A DNA stretch of 63,528 bases from Octopus bimaculoides (Eukaryota), in assembly GCF_001194135.2 (NCBI RefSeq), contig NC_068997.1, positions 20,160,791 through 20,224,318 on the forward strand, given 5' to 3'. The notes under the pieces were generated by a model. It searched no databases. It was not told where the DNA came from and worked only from the letters and a program-made list of their open reading frames with translations. Within the stretch, counting starts at the first letter, position 1, and the number at the start of each line of letters is the position of its first letter. The position numbers were made by a program, and so were the translations under genes. Positions 39,321-53,170 of the stretch are shown one piece after another.

Positions 39321-41727
39321 GGAAACTGAAAGAAGCCTGTCACATGTGTGTGTGCGTGTGTTTGTCCACCACCACTGCTTGACAGCTGGTGTTGGCGTGT
39401 TTATGTTGCCATAACTTACCAACTCAGCAAAACGAGATTAACAGAATAAATACCAGGCTTTAAAAAATAGAAAATAACTATTAGGGTTGGTTCATTTGAC
39501 TAAGAAATTCTTCAAGGCAGTGCCCCAGCATGGCCACAGCCTAACGCCTGAAACACATAAAAGATAAAGGATAAAAGATCCACTGGAAGATGATTAAATA
39601 TGTAATTAATTGATTCTCTTCAATCAGAATGTTTTACCAATTTAGCTGGAAGGGATTTTATTAATTTGCTATTGTTGGTTCTAGAAAAAAAAATTATAAA
39701 TTACTAACCACCAATTAGCAAACATTATAGATGTTGATGTTGTTGTTGTTGTTGTAATCATTATCCTTATCTTCATCACCATCATCTTCTTGGTCAAAAC
39801 TTAGTCCATTACCTTCAGCAGCAGCAGCAACAACAACAACAATGGCAGGATATGCATCATCATTGTTGTCATCGTCATCATCATCAATGTTGTCATCATC
39901 ATTGTCACCATTATCACCATGGCTACCACCACTACCATCATCACACTCTTATACTTAACAAATCCACCAACATTACTACTACTACTGCTGCTGCCGCCGC
40001 CACTGCTACTACTACTACTCTCAGCTCTATCATAGCCACTATATCCAGTACTACATCATCATCATCATCATCATTAAATGTCTGTTTTCCATGGTAGCAT
40101 GAGTTGGACAGTTTGACAAGATCTGGTATGCCACAGAGCTGTGTTGAGCTCCAATGTCAGCTTTGGCTTGGTTTCTATGGCGAAATGCCCTGTGTAAACC
40201 AATGACTTTAAAGTGTGAAGTGGGTGCCTTTTTTCTTAATGCTACTAACACTAGTGAGATCACTGAGTAACCTGCAAGACAAAACAATCAAGGTAAAAAA
40301 ATCTCCAACAACTAAGGGGTGCAGTATTAGGAAGAGAGAGGTAGATTTATCTCAGGTGTTGAGAGGTTAAAATTTGAAAAAGAAACAAGCACCAAGCACG
40401 TCTACAGTCTAAAATTTTCCCCTTGTAGAGTACCACAGGGATCTCTTCTTTTACTCACTCTTTTTAATCTATCCTCACACCTCCTCAAAACATTTACACA
40501 ACCTCATGAACAGATAATTTTTCTCAGTTGCATCTTCCCACCTCTACTCCTTAAATACAGCTGCAGGACTTCTCCAACTCTACATTAACTAGAAACCTTG
40601 CACCAGAACACTAAACTTATGGTTAATTAATCCACATTGCTCCATAAGGAACACTGGGCCACTTTCTTGGCTTCCCTGGCATACATATTCCTCCCTGGAT
40701 AGAATGTTGGTTTATTGCAGGATTACTCATTTTTACTAGCTGAATGGAGTGGAGCAGTGTGAAATGAAGTGTTTTGCTCAAGAACACAATGCATTGCCTG
40801 GTCCAGGAATTGAAATCACAATCTTGTGGTCATGAGCCCAACACCCTAACCACTAAGTCAACTTTCTTAAACAGAACCTCTTTCATACCAGAAACACCAG
40901 AAAATATCAATCGCAACGAACCATCACACTCAGCTGTATAAACATAAATACAAACACAACAGACAAATGTACCAAGAATTATATACAACTCTAAAACATC
41001 CTCAGTACACATAGAAGATACAACAATGAATGGAAAACAATGCATAAACACACTTAGAGCACTCACTGAAGAAATAACATTAACGTACAAACAATATAAT
41101 TAGATCCATTAAGGATTATGCTAGTGCTGTCTTTGTTTTCAATCTTTCTGCAACAGATCATAATAAATTATCAAGAATACAAAACAGCCCACTTTACAAT
41201 ATCACAGATCACACCAACAGACCACCTACACAACAAATACTAATAATAATTAGAATATCTGATTTAGGCCAGTGCCATGTATAAAGCACCCAAAACACTT
41301 TGTAAATTGGTTGGTGTTAGGAAGGGCATCCAACTGTAGAACTCATGCCAAACAGACAATTGATTTGACCTGCATTGGATTAACCATTAAGCAAAATAGC
41401 ATATGCTTAGGGCATCAAAGAAGGTGGTGGGGGCACCACAGAAATAGTAAATGGTTTACAACACAAAAGGAATCTCTTTAAACTTGCTAAAATAATATTC
41501 AAAGTGGTTTATATGATCAGAGATATAATTTCAAAGTGTTCATGGTGTTATAGTGAGAACATGATCAAAGAATTTGCAATTAAAAAAAGTAGGAGAAAGT
41601 AGGTGCCATGCAGTAGAAATGTACGAAAATAAACACTGTTTTCCACATTACTGTTAGTTCTGTTTCATTTTGAAAAATAGAAATTTATTTCATGGTTTAT
41701 TATTGTTTATATTTTGAATTACATAAA

Positions 41728-42262
41728 TAGGGTGGCCCAAAAGTGGGTTTACAGTTATTCAATTATCTCTTTTGCATTCATATACTAACAGTTTAGATCT
41801 TAATTATAAAAAAAATATGAAACCATTATTCAGCAAAATGGAGCACCTCCACATTATGTGTTGACAGTGTTGGTTTGGAAGAGGGGGCAGCATCAAATGG
41901 CCACCATGTCCACCTGACCTGACACCAATGGATTTCTTTTTTTGTGGGGTGTTGTAAGGAAAAAAAGTTTATGAGAAGAATCCCAAAACAGTAAATGAAT
42001 TAAAAGATTACATTTCTGACACATTCACTGAAATTGATGGAGATCGGAATTTGTGCTGCACTGTGTGTCAGTGTTCTGAAGAAGTTTGAAGAATGTTGCA
42101 ATGTTGAAGGACATTTTGAACATCTGAGAGATTAAACATTACCTGTTTAAGATGTGCATAAACGATATGATTGTAAGATAGAAATTTAAATGTAATTAAC
42201 TGTTTTAAAAGAAATTTAAAGTGCTTACGTGATAACTATAAACCTGCTTTTGGGTCACCCTG
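41728..42262 (+). mobile_element. Internally deleted Tc1/mariner-superfamily element, same TIR family as the MITE at 2473-2677, nested in the hAT-like element
   Basis: TIRs (T)AGGGTGGCCCAAAAG and CTTTTGGGTCACCCTG-TA. Residual transposase reads FQQNGAPPHY...WPPCPPDLTPMDFF..G. Confidence 0.85.
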
Positions 42263-42984
42263 TATATGGGGGCACCAAAATTTTTCAGGTGCTTAAGGCC
42301 TCTATGAGACTTAATCCAACCTTGATCATAACCATCACACAGAGCTGTATCAAGAGCACAACTAACACCACCACCATGATTGCCAAAAGCAAGTTCAATA
42401 ACATGAGCCAAAATTGGAGCCCTTTTGAGGTCATCACCTTGCTAGAAATGGCAACTGAGTCTCCCACAAATCATGCTTTTCTGTCTTTAAGAAGAGAATG
42501 ACATATTAGACAGTGTCATTCTATCTTTTATCTTCTATTTGTTTCAGTCATTAGATTGTGGTCTGGCCATGCTGGGGCACTAACTTAAAGAATTTTAGTC
42601 TAATGAATCAACCCCAGTACTTATTATTTTTTGATAAAGCTTTGTGCTTATTCTGTCAATCTGTTTTGCCAAACCGCTCAGTTATGGGGGCCATAAACAC
42701 AGTAACACTGTTGTCAAGCAGTAGTGGGGGACAGACACACACATGCATGCACACACATACATATACACACACACGATCGGCTTCTTTCAGTTTCTTTCTG
42801 TCAAATCTTCTCACAAGGCTTAGGTCGACCCAAAGCTATAGTAGAAGACATTTGCCCAAGTTGCCATGCAGTGGAATTGAACCCAGGACCATATGGTTGC
42901 GAAGCAAACCTCTTACCACACAGTTTGGTCATGATTGGGGTACCTTTGACCATAGGGCTTCTGGATCCATGAGGCTAAACAACA

Positions 42985-45560
42985 ACAATAATCTCCACCA
43001 CCACCACCACCGCCACCACTGGCATAATTCCGATACCCTGTTACCACACATACTAACACACTTACCTCTTCCGCATGCTCCACCCATAGCTATCCTCATC
43101 ACCATGGTTACAGTATCACATGGCTGTGAGGGAAATAATCAATTTTATTGTCTGCCAGCAGATAATCTGTATAAAGATTCAATCCCCACCACCACCACCA
43201 CCACCACCACTGCCAACATCACCACTACCATCACCACCACTGCCAACATCAACACCACACATACACCTACACATGTTTCTTTGATAACTTATAATTTAAT
43301 GGTCAAATCTATTCAATGAGGCGGTGGTGGTGATGGTGGTGGTGGTGGATGAGAATGGGGTAGGTGGGAAGAGGAGTTGTTGGATGAGAAAGAGTGACAT
43401 TGGGCTATGGTGGAGTGTAATGAGTGGATGGTAGAATAATGGCCTGAGTGATGGAGCGATGGTAGATCAGAGTGGGTGACGGCTGATAGAATGATGTTAA
43501 ATAGTGGAGAAGTGGTGATGATGATGATGATGATGATGTGTGGGTAATAAGTGATATTAGTAATGGTAGTAGGTGGTGAGATGGTAGAATCATTACCATG
43601 CTTGGCAAAATACATAGCAGCATTTCATATGTCTTTACGTTCTGAGTTCAAATTCCACCAAGGTTGACTTTGCCTTTCATCCTTTCAGAGTTGATAAAAT
43701 AAGTACTTGTTGAACATTGGGGTCAATTTAATCGACTCACCCACTTCCCTCAAACTGCTACCATTGTGGCAAAATTTGAAACTATTATTATTATCATTAT
43801 TATTATTATTATTATTACTATTATTATTATTATTATTATTATCATCATCAAGGTGGTGAGCTGGCAGAATCATTAGCATGCTGGGCAAAATGCTTAGCAG
43901 CATTTTATCTGTCTTTACATTCTGAGTTCAAATTCTGCCAAGGTTGACTTTGCCTTTCATCCTTTTGGGGGTTGATAAAATAAGTACGAGTTGAGCACTG
44001 GCGTCAATATAGCCAACTTGCCCCATCCCCTGATATTGTTGGCCTTGTGCTAAAATTTGAAATCGATATTAGTGATGGTAGTGAAAATACTAATGGTGGG
44101 TGGGGGAGTAACTGACAGTAGTGATAAATGATCAGAGTATCTACCTGATGGTGTATGATAGAGACTGGAGGTTACAGTGTTGACTGATGGTGACTGATGG
44201 CGACTGACAGTGACTGATGGAAATAATGGTGATGTTGAAAGATGGTCATTGTGGTGATTGATGATATCTGATGATCTGCAATGATTCAATGGTTGTTGCT
44301 GATTAATGATAATGATAGATGGCCCATGTCAGTCTTAGTTTTCTATTACAATTCCATTCACATCAGGAATACATTATAGGAATATAAATCAAACTCAGTG
44401 CTTGACTGATCCTTTATTCTATCAATGATAAAAGCCCTTCGTGAGAATTGATCCGAGAACATAAAGTGCTGCATGTGAATTCTGATGCTCTAATGATTCG
44501 GTTAACCCTTTGTTGCCATATTTCTGTTGAAACATACTGCCTTTCCTTCAATTAATTTCCAAAATAATGCTAAGTTTAATAAAATAACCATTTGTATTAA
44601 CTCCATATTTGGAACATAAACGAACATGAAATGTTGCTGGAATATTATAATTTAGATCTCTTTGAAGCAAGAATTCTGTATCTTAGAATCAAGGGTAGCT
44701 TCAGGCAGGTTGATATCAAAAGGATAAATCCAATACTTGGAGATGGAGATGGTCATGAGTGATGTTGGTTAATGGAAGCTGATGGGAGTTTAGTGACTAA
44801 TAGTGTGTGATGATGTTCATGATTGATGATGGTAGATTTAGTTGTTAGATGATGATAGTGGTGATGATGGTTGATGATAAATGATTGTAGTTGATAATGG
44901 TGTCATCATAGTTGACTGATAGCTAAAATAGTAATAAGGTTGAGTGTTGAGTGATAGAGGCCAATGAAAATGGAGGGGAGTAACAGTTGGTTGATTATGA
45001 ATGAAATTGATCATTGTGATGATGGTTGATGGTGGTGGCAATGATAGTTAATTGGTGAGTGATGGTGACATTCATGACTAATTTTAATAAAGGTGAATTA
45101 CAGTGAATGATAGTGGTGGATACTGTTAATGATAATGGAGTTAATTAGCCACTGGTTGATTATAAAGTTGACCATAGTGATGGTGGGTGAAGGTAGTGGT
45201 AGTGAGTGATGGTGACACTCATGATTGACAGCTGAAGTGGTAATAAGGGCAGATTATGTTGAGTGATAGTGGCCAATGCTAGCAATAATAATGCCAGCAT
45301 TGGCTTCTATCACTCAATATAGATAACAGCTGGATGGTTATAAGGTTGACCATGGTGAAGATGCGTATTGACAAGTGATGGTAGACGGTGATAATAGCAA
45401 TGACCAAATGATGAGGATGATGGTGGTGGCAGCAGCAGTGATGGTGATGGTGATGGTGGTGGTGGTTATCACAGTGATGATGGTGGTGGTGGTGAAGGTG
45501 GTTAGTATTGATTTTATCATTGGTAGCTGGGTGTGGGTGATGGTAATGACTTGTTGTTGT
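42985..45560. repeat. Extended degenerate (CAC)n/(GGT)n/(GAT)n low-complexity region interleaved with SINEs
   Basis: Trinucleotide runs are directly visible and explain the poly-H/T/V/M ORFs in the track. Confidence 0.8.
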
Positions 45561-46020
45561 TGTTGCACCCAACATTGTCCCTGATCAAGCAGATCTACGA
45601 TCAAAGTCTTTCTGGCCTTGACTATCCTTCCATTTTTGTAAATCCAGGATTATATTATTCAATATTTCAATTTTTAAAATTTTATTTCTAAAGACAGTAA
45701 AATGTGATCTGATGGAGTTTGGTTGCTGGTTTTAGCGAGTCAAGTGACTGTATTGATTCTTCCCTTGTTAGCTTAGCTCATGACGGTTGCGATGACAGAC
45801 AACCATGGTGATTATGATGTCAACAGTTGTGAGAATATCTATATTTCATCTGACGTCTAGATGCAGCTGCAAAAATAAAGCCACACCATCAAATTGAGAA
45901 CGGCTTGCAGATTTATCTAATGCAATGTTTGTGTGTGTGTGTATGTGTGTCTGTGTGCATGTATACGTGCATCCATATAAGTGTATATGTGTGTGTGTGT
46001 GTCTGTGTGTTTGTGTGTAC

Positions 46021-46600
46021 GAGGTGGCATATGTGTGACCAAGGGAGTGAGAGTGAGTGNNNNNNNNNNNNNNNNNNNNNNNNNNNNNNNNNNNNNNNNN
46101 NNNNNNNNNNNNNNNNNNNNNNNNNNNNNNNNNNNNNNNNNNNNNNNNNNNNNNNNNNNNNNNNNNNNNNNNNNNNNNNNNNNNNNNNNNNNNNNNNNNN
46201 NNNNNNNNNNNNNNNNNNNNNNNNNTGTGTGTGCATGCTGGCATGTGTGTGACCAAGAGAGAGAGAGAGAGAGAGAGAGCATGTGTGTGTGTGCATGCTG
46301 GCATATGTGTGACCAAGGGAGAGTGAGAGTGTGTGTGTGTGTGTGTGTGTGTGCTGGCATATGTGTGACCAAGTGGGGGGAGAGAAAGAGAGTGTGTGTG
46401 TATGTGTGTGTGTGCGTGCTGGCATATGTGGGACCGAGGGAGAGTGTGTGTGTGTGTGCTGGCAAATGTGTGACCAAGGGAGAGAGAGAAAGAGTGTGTA
46501 TGTGTGTGCTGGCATATCCGTGACCGAGGGAGAGAGAGAGAGGGTGTGTATGTGTACGTATGTGCATGCTGGCATATGTGTGACCGAGAGAGAGGGAGAG
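46021..46600. repeat. Compound minisatellite: core GCTGGCATATGTGTGACCAAGGGA separated by variable (GA)n(GT)n
   Basis: At least 7 core copies are visible after the gap and one before it. Confidence 0.9.
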
Positions 46601-49033
46601 TGTGTGTATGCATGCTTACATGCATCCATATAAGCATATATACGCGTGTGTATGTATATGTATAAGTGTGTGTTACTGTCTCTACACACGTCTGCATGTT
46701 TATGAATGAGTGCGCAGTTGTGTATTTGCATGCTCATGCACATTTGTGTGTGTGAGTGTGCATGTACTAACATATGTTCATTTGTTTGACTGTATATTCG
46801 TGTATCCATATGTGACTGAGAGAGAGAGAGAGAGAGAGGGANNNNNNNNNNGGAGAGAGAGAGGGAGAGAGAGAGTATGTGTGTGTGTGTGTGTATGTAA
46901 CTAGTTTAATTAACAAATGGAGAGAGATGGGTGCCAGATAGCCATTATGTTGCACATTGCAGAAGTGAGAATTTGTTTGGGATATTTATGATATATAGGT
47001 AGATCTAACTGTGATAGCGTCAAGGTAGAAGCAATTTAGTTGGTATAACTGAGGTAACGGATGGTTGATGCATAAATTGGTTTAGTGGTAGGTCTATGGA
47101 CGGGGGGTTATATGGGGAAGAGGTTAAAGAGACTTGAAATTCCAGTAGACCAGCTGCTAATCCTATATTCTCATTAACTTTGGTTTTAATCCTTAACAAT
47201 CATCATAAAAAAATGTGATGTTATTTATATGTTATGTTAACATATAATAAATTACTGTGTGTGATGCTATAATGCATAATTGACATATTTACAGGAAGAT
47301 TGACTTAAGCATTTTTACCAGTAACACAAGGTGGCGGTGTTGGCGATGGTGTATGTATGAGATGTTGATCTTTTTCACGGAATGTCAACATCTTATCAAG
47401 TCAACCAACTGCAAAATGTTTTTACTTTTTTTTATTTATTACTATTTTTTTTTTGTTTTGATTTTCAGGATTCTGTACTGTTTTATAGCTTAATCCATAT
47501 TTCTCATTCCCAAACTGTGTTTTCTCTCTTCCTCCTCTATGTCTCTTCTCCCACTGCTACAAAAGTTTTTGCTCTTCTGAGCTTTGTTGGCTTTGTACTG
47601 CTGCCATCTTGATGGATCATGTGACTTATTTCTCTTTCTTTCTTTCTTCCTTCCTGCCTTCCTTCCATCTTTCCTTCTCTCCCTCATTCCTACCATATCA
47701 TTAGCATGGGTTGGACAATTTACTACACTCATAGCCAGTCCTTATTTGGAGGTACTACCCTGCCTTGCCCTGCTCTCATAGACAGACCAGAGGACTACGT
47801 CTTGCTCATTCATTCTATTTTAGCATGATTTGTACAGTTGGATGCCCTTCCTAAAACCAACCTCTTTACATAGAACTCTGGGTGCATTTTATCATAACAC
47901 CTGCACTAAAGTGGTTGTCATGTCCTCAACAAGATTAAAGAGTTGTGCCAGTGCCACCTGACTGGCTCCCATGCTAGTGGCACATAGAAAAGCACCATTC
48001 AAGCATGGTCAATGCCAGTACTGCCTGACTGGCCCTCGTGCCATTGGCATGTAAAAAGCACCCACTGCACCCTCGGAGTGGTTGGCATTAGGAAGGGCAT
48101 CCAGTGGTAGAAACCTTGCCAGATCAGATTGGAGCCTGGTACAGCCTTCTGGCTTGCCAGTCCTCAGTCAAACCGTCCAACCCATGCCAGTATGGAAAGT
48201 GGACGTTAATCGATGATGATCCAACATTTCCTGAGTTCATGTACTTACACTAGAGACATAGCCATGGCCAAAGGTTTGTGTTGATTCTGCTCATTCACTG
48301 AACACTACACAGTGTGAATTGGAAGCAGTTCAAGGTATATAAACAAAATTGAACACGCATACACAAGGTATGTGTGTTGTTAATTTGTGGGTCAGCTACA
48401 GTTTTTAGGTGTAAGGGAATATTTTCTCTGGGCGCCTGGTGTAAAATAACACCCGAATGTACGTCATAGTCAAGTGAGACAACTCACATAGGTTTTTTTT
48501 CAGAGTGACAGACATTGATATTTCATCATTGTTGTGACTTATCAATGTCACATACCAGACAAGGCCCACTGCAAGCCATATCACTGACTATGACTATCTC
48601 CTAAGCTTTAGCTACTTCATATTTCACCATTAAAAATGATTTATTTTCACATCTTTCAAACTTTGTTAATTCTTATGACATAAATAACTTATATATATAT
48701 ATATAAACGTGATGACGTGCACAAGAAATATATTAATTAGATGCTCGTTGAAGGGAAAGAGTTGTTGTTAATGTCTCTAGCATAGCTCTTCGAATGGTTT
48801 TCTTTCAGTTTCCATCTACCAAATCCACTCATAAGGCTTTGGTTGGCCTGAGACTATAGTGGAAAACACTTGCTTAAGGTGCCATGCAGTGGAACTGAAC
48901 CCAGAACCATGTGGTTGGGAAGCAAGCTACTTACCACACAGCCATGTCTGTGCCTGTATATATATACGTGTGTGTGTGTATACATGTGTGTGTGTGTATA
49001 CATGTGTGTGTATAAATATATATATATATATAT

Positions 49034-49180
49034 AGTTGAAATTTACAGAAAAACAAAAGACGAAGACAGGTGTATGAACAACAAGCAGGGTATTAGGTTG
49101 ACACTTGGGAAAGTGAGAAAGTCTTTTATGTTTTGAGCCTACGCTCTTCATCAGAAAGGAATAAGAGAAAATAAAACTTC
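49034..49180 (-). mobile_element. Short Penelope-like pLTR remnant ending at a (TA)n tract
   Basis: Contains a hammerhead-like motif (49158-49123) followed on the minus strand by a pyrimidine-rich tail and (TA)n. Confidence 0.6.
49123..49158 (-). ncRNA. Type I minimal hammerhead ribozyme-like motif, probably inactivated
   Basis: Minus strand: CTTT-CTGATGA-A-GAGC-GTAG-GCTC-AAAA-C-ATA-AAAG. Two G>A changes at CpG positions relative to GAAACGTA. Confidence 0.7.
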
Positions 49181-49251
49181 TATGTACTTAGTATGTATGT
49201 ATACATATGTATACATAAGTAATATGTATATATGTTTCTTTATACTTTCAG

Positions 49252-49531
49252 GAGCATCTGTTTGATATAAGTGATTTGCACCAAGAACCACCATTAATTT
49301 CTAAATGCGGAAGTCTTGAAGTTACATTTCTCTACAGTCCCGAAGAGAATACAATGAAAATAACAATCTTGCAAGCTCAAGAAATCCCAAGTAAAGACAG
49401 GGGTGGTGCTAATAGTGCCCAAGTCCGAATACTCCTGTTACCAACAAAAAAACAAAGATTCAAAACCAAAATTAAACCAGGAGATAATCCAGAATTTGGT
49501 GAAACATTCACATTTCAAAAAATACAGAAAG
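49252..49531 (+). CDS. Syt14: Synaptotagmin-14-like exon, C2A N-terminal half (EHLFDISDLHQEPPLISKCGSLEVTFLY...KKQRFKTKIKPGDNPEFGETFTF), phase 0-1
   Basis: Flanked by TTTCAG and GTAAAA. The translation is a C2-domain sequence matching the SYT14/16 pattern (GxLxVTFxY, VxLxLLPxKKQRxKT, PxFxETFxF). Confidence 0.95.
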
Positions 49532-49834
49532 GTAAAAGAATTTATTTATTGGCAATAATTTCACATTTCTCAAAGTTACCTAATTGTTATGACATAAATA
49601 TATTAATATTAAATTATTTCTTTAAGGCAACAAAATGGTAGAATTGTTAACATGCCAGGAAAATGCTTAGCATTTCATCCTTTCGGGGTTGATTAAATAG
49701 ATACCAGTCGAATACTGAGGGTGGGGGTCAATGTTATCTACTTACTCTCTCCCCTGAACTTGTTGGCCTTGTGCTACAGTTTGAAACTAATATTAAGTCA
49801 TTTCTTATTTCTCTTTTTTTCTTTCCTACATTAG

Positions 49835-49992
49835 AGGACCTGATGAACATGGGAGTACGTTTTAGGCTCTATGGTTGTGAAAGAATGCGGAGGGAGAGGA
49901 TGCTAGGAGAAGCTGTCATTGGTTTTGCTTCTATTAACCCAGATATGGAATCAACTCACTGGATATTACTGGAGCCACGCAGTAACCTGAGT
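49835..49992 (+). CDS. Syt14: Synaptotagmin-14-like exon, C2A C-terminal half (EDLMNMGVRFRLYGCERMRRERMLGE...LLEPRSNLS), phase 1-0
   Basis: Flanked by CATTAG and GTAAGT. The VRFRLYG...RM...GE motif is characteristic of SYT14/16 C2A. Confidence 0.95.
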
Positions 49993-51858
49993 GTAAGTTG
50001 GATCAATTATTTATTTAAACATCAACAAAATCTTATGAATTGCTTTTAAAAATATCATTTCATTAATGCAATAAAATCAATTTACTCATTGTCATACCCC
50101 TTCAAAAAGTCTAGGCTTTATCTGTTGATGATTTATTCCAATCCTTCAAACTAAAGAAAGTCTTGTCAATCCACAGTGTTGCTACTAACTGCTGATACGA
50201 AATGTATTTTGTACTGAGTTACTATTCTGAAAATAAAGAGCAAACTAGGTCTATTATTCTCCTCCCAAACAATACATGCTCTCCACCTCAAGGAATTGAG
50301 TCAGTTCTCTATGTTTTTGTTGTGCTATGCAACATTTAAGGCTCTTGTTATAGTGCCTACAGTATTTTTGTTCTTCACTAAGAAGCTTCCTTGCAAGATA
50401 ATGACTCTCTTGTTGTCTTCAGACAAATACAGATAAAAGAACATTGTTGTTGTGAAGGTCTTTCTGCTTTTGTTGGTGTTTGTTCAGATGAAGGAGAAGT
50501 ATTCTATAAAAGGAAGCATGTTATAAGCTTGTGGAAGATATATGGACTCACTCCAGTGTTCTAATAGAGAATAGAATAGATTTTTATTGGAGACATGTAC
50601 AGTTTATTTTACAAGACTAAATGAATAATTTAGTACATGAAATATTTATTTGCAAGAGATGTTTACACATATAAAACATACTGAGTCTTAGTGCAGAATA
50701 ATAAGGGGACTTGCTTCTGACTTCTTGGCTATCTCTGGACATTCTTTTTCTCCAACCTTTCTTTTTCCTTGCTGGTGGTACCATAAATATTACAATTGAA
50801 CAAATTATAAAGGATAGTTATTGGTGTGAACCTAATGAAAGTAGGGATAATAAATTATATAAAATCTCATATAGAATAGAAGTTAATTAATCCAACATAG
50901 CAATCTTTGTATCAGTGAATACATTTTTGCCTGAGCATAGTACTGGCTTTCAGGAAGGGTGACTGTAGGTGGTAATGACACATAAATGTATAGATAAATA
51001 CAAACATATATACTTGAATTTCACATCATATCCCTGTGGCAGATTCTACTGACCACTAAGTGTTGAAGTGCATTTATGGATCAAGTCTGCATACATGAGG
51101 CAGGTAAGATCATTAGAGTTCTAAAGGAAATTGGAGACTCTTAGAAAGTATTTTCGGACTGATTACTAGGGACACATGCTCATCAGAAGAAAAGATATGT
51201 TGTGCATGGCTATGTTGCAAGAAAGCTTGCATGACTTCTTGAGCAAGTATCTTCTACAATAGCCCCAGGCAACTGATGCCTGCTGAGTGAATATGTGCAA
51301 ATACATAAGTCAAAGCATACAAAATGACAAATGTAAAAGCATTCTTCCTTTGCATGCATGTGTATGTATATATACACATTTACAAACATACATGATTGTA
51401 TGCACACACACACAAACATATATATATATATATATATATTCTTTTATTCTTTTACTTGTTTCAGCCATTTGACTGTGGCCATGCTGGGGCACTGCCTTGA
51501 ATTTTAGTCAAATGAATTGACTCTAGTACTTATTTTTTTGTTAAGCCTGGTACTTATTATATCAGTCGCTTTTGCCAAATTGCTAAGTTATGGGGATGCA
51601 AATACACCAACACCGATTGTCAAGAGATGGTGGTGGGGGACAAAAACACACACACACACACACACACACATACAGATACATATATATCCAACTGAAATTG
51701 CAATGATAATCTGGAACTCGACTGATGAAAAGAAAACTCCGAATGGCCCGTCCTTGTTTTCTTTGTATTGTCTGTCTGGATGTTTTGTTGTCTCTTTTTT
51801 GTATCACCTAACTACCTGGATGTTTTGTGTTCTTGTCCCATTTTGTATTCTTTATATA

Positions 51859-51924
<66 letters not shown>

Positions 51925-52317
51925 ACAGGTTTCTTTCAGTTTTGGTCTACCAAATCCATCTTTGCATTCTGAGTTCAAATTCTGCTAAGGTCGTCTTCAC
52001 CGGTCGACTCTGCCAAGGTCAATTTCCAGGGTTGATAAATTAAGTACTGGGGTCGATGTAATCAACTATTACCCACCCACCAAATTTCAGGTCTTGTGCC
52101 TTTAGTAGAAAGGATTAATATTCTATTGTTAGCACACCGAGCAAAATGCTTAGTGGCATATTTCGTCCGTCCTTATGTTCCTAGTTCAAATTTCATCAAG
52201 GTCAACTTTGCCTTTCATCCCTTTTAGGTCGATAAAATAAGTACCAGTTGAGTACTGGGGTTAATGTAATTCACTGTCCCCCTCCCTCAAAACTGGTGGC
52301 CTTGTGCCTGAATTAGA

Positions 52318-52353
<36 letters not shown>

Positions 52354-52391
52354 CATTATTTCTACTACTACTACTACTATTTTATTATTAT

Positions 52392-52443
<52 letters not shown>

Positions 52444-53120
52444 CATCACCACTGTGGTAAGCTGGTACAACTGTTAGAACGCCAGGCAGAATGCTTCGCA
52501 GTATTTATTCCAGCTGTATACATCCTGAGATCAGATCTCACTAAAACTAGCTTTACTTTTCATCTCTCCAAGGATGATAAAATATAATACTAATGAAGTA
52601 CTGGGGTTGATACTATTGATCAATCTCCTCCTCTCAGCATTTCAGGCCTTGTGCCTGAATTAGATATCATTATTATAGTCCAGCAGATTGACAAAGTCAA
52701 TGGGACATGAGACTAAATGCATTGTGCTTCTTGACATTCTGAGTTCATTTCCTGCCAAGTTCAATATTGTTTTTCCCCCGCTTCTGGAATCTGTAAAATA
52801 AAGTACAGGGGAAATTGTTGTCCTCATGCCTAAATCAGAAACCATTGGTATTTTTATTTTTATTTTTATTATTAAGATAGTAAGCTGGAAAAACATTGTT
52901 AGCGTGTAGGAAAAAATGCTTTGCGTATTTCTTCCTGTTTTTTTTTTATATATATTCCGAGTTCAAATCCTGCCAAGGTCAACTTTGCCTTTCATCCTTT
53001 CAGGGTTGATAAAATAAATTACTAGTTGAATACTGAGATCAATGTAATTGACTTACCCCATGTCTTAAAATTGCTGGCATAAATTCAAAACAATTCTTAT
53101 TATTATTTTAATCATATGTT

Positions 53121-53170
53121 GTACTTGTTTCGGTGGTGCATATACTAAAATTGGAACGATATAGGAAAAT
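53121..53170 (+). pseudogene. U6: U6 snRNA 5' fragment (retropseudogene)
   Basis: GTACTTGTTTCGGTGGTGCATATACTAAAATTGGAACGATATAGGAAAAT aligns to U6 nt ~1-50, including the exact CATATACTAAAATTGGAACGATA. Flanked by 19-bp direct repeats. Confidence 0.85.

Noticed and set aside
46021-46600. Repeat-spacer pattern as a CRISPR array
   Set aside because: Spacers are simple (GA)n(GT)n runs of variable length, the context is a eukaryotic intron, and there are no cas genes.
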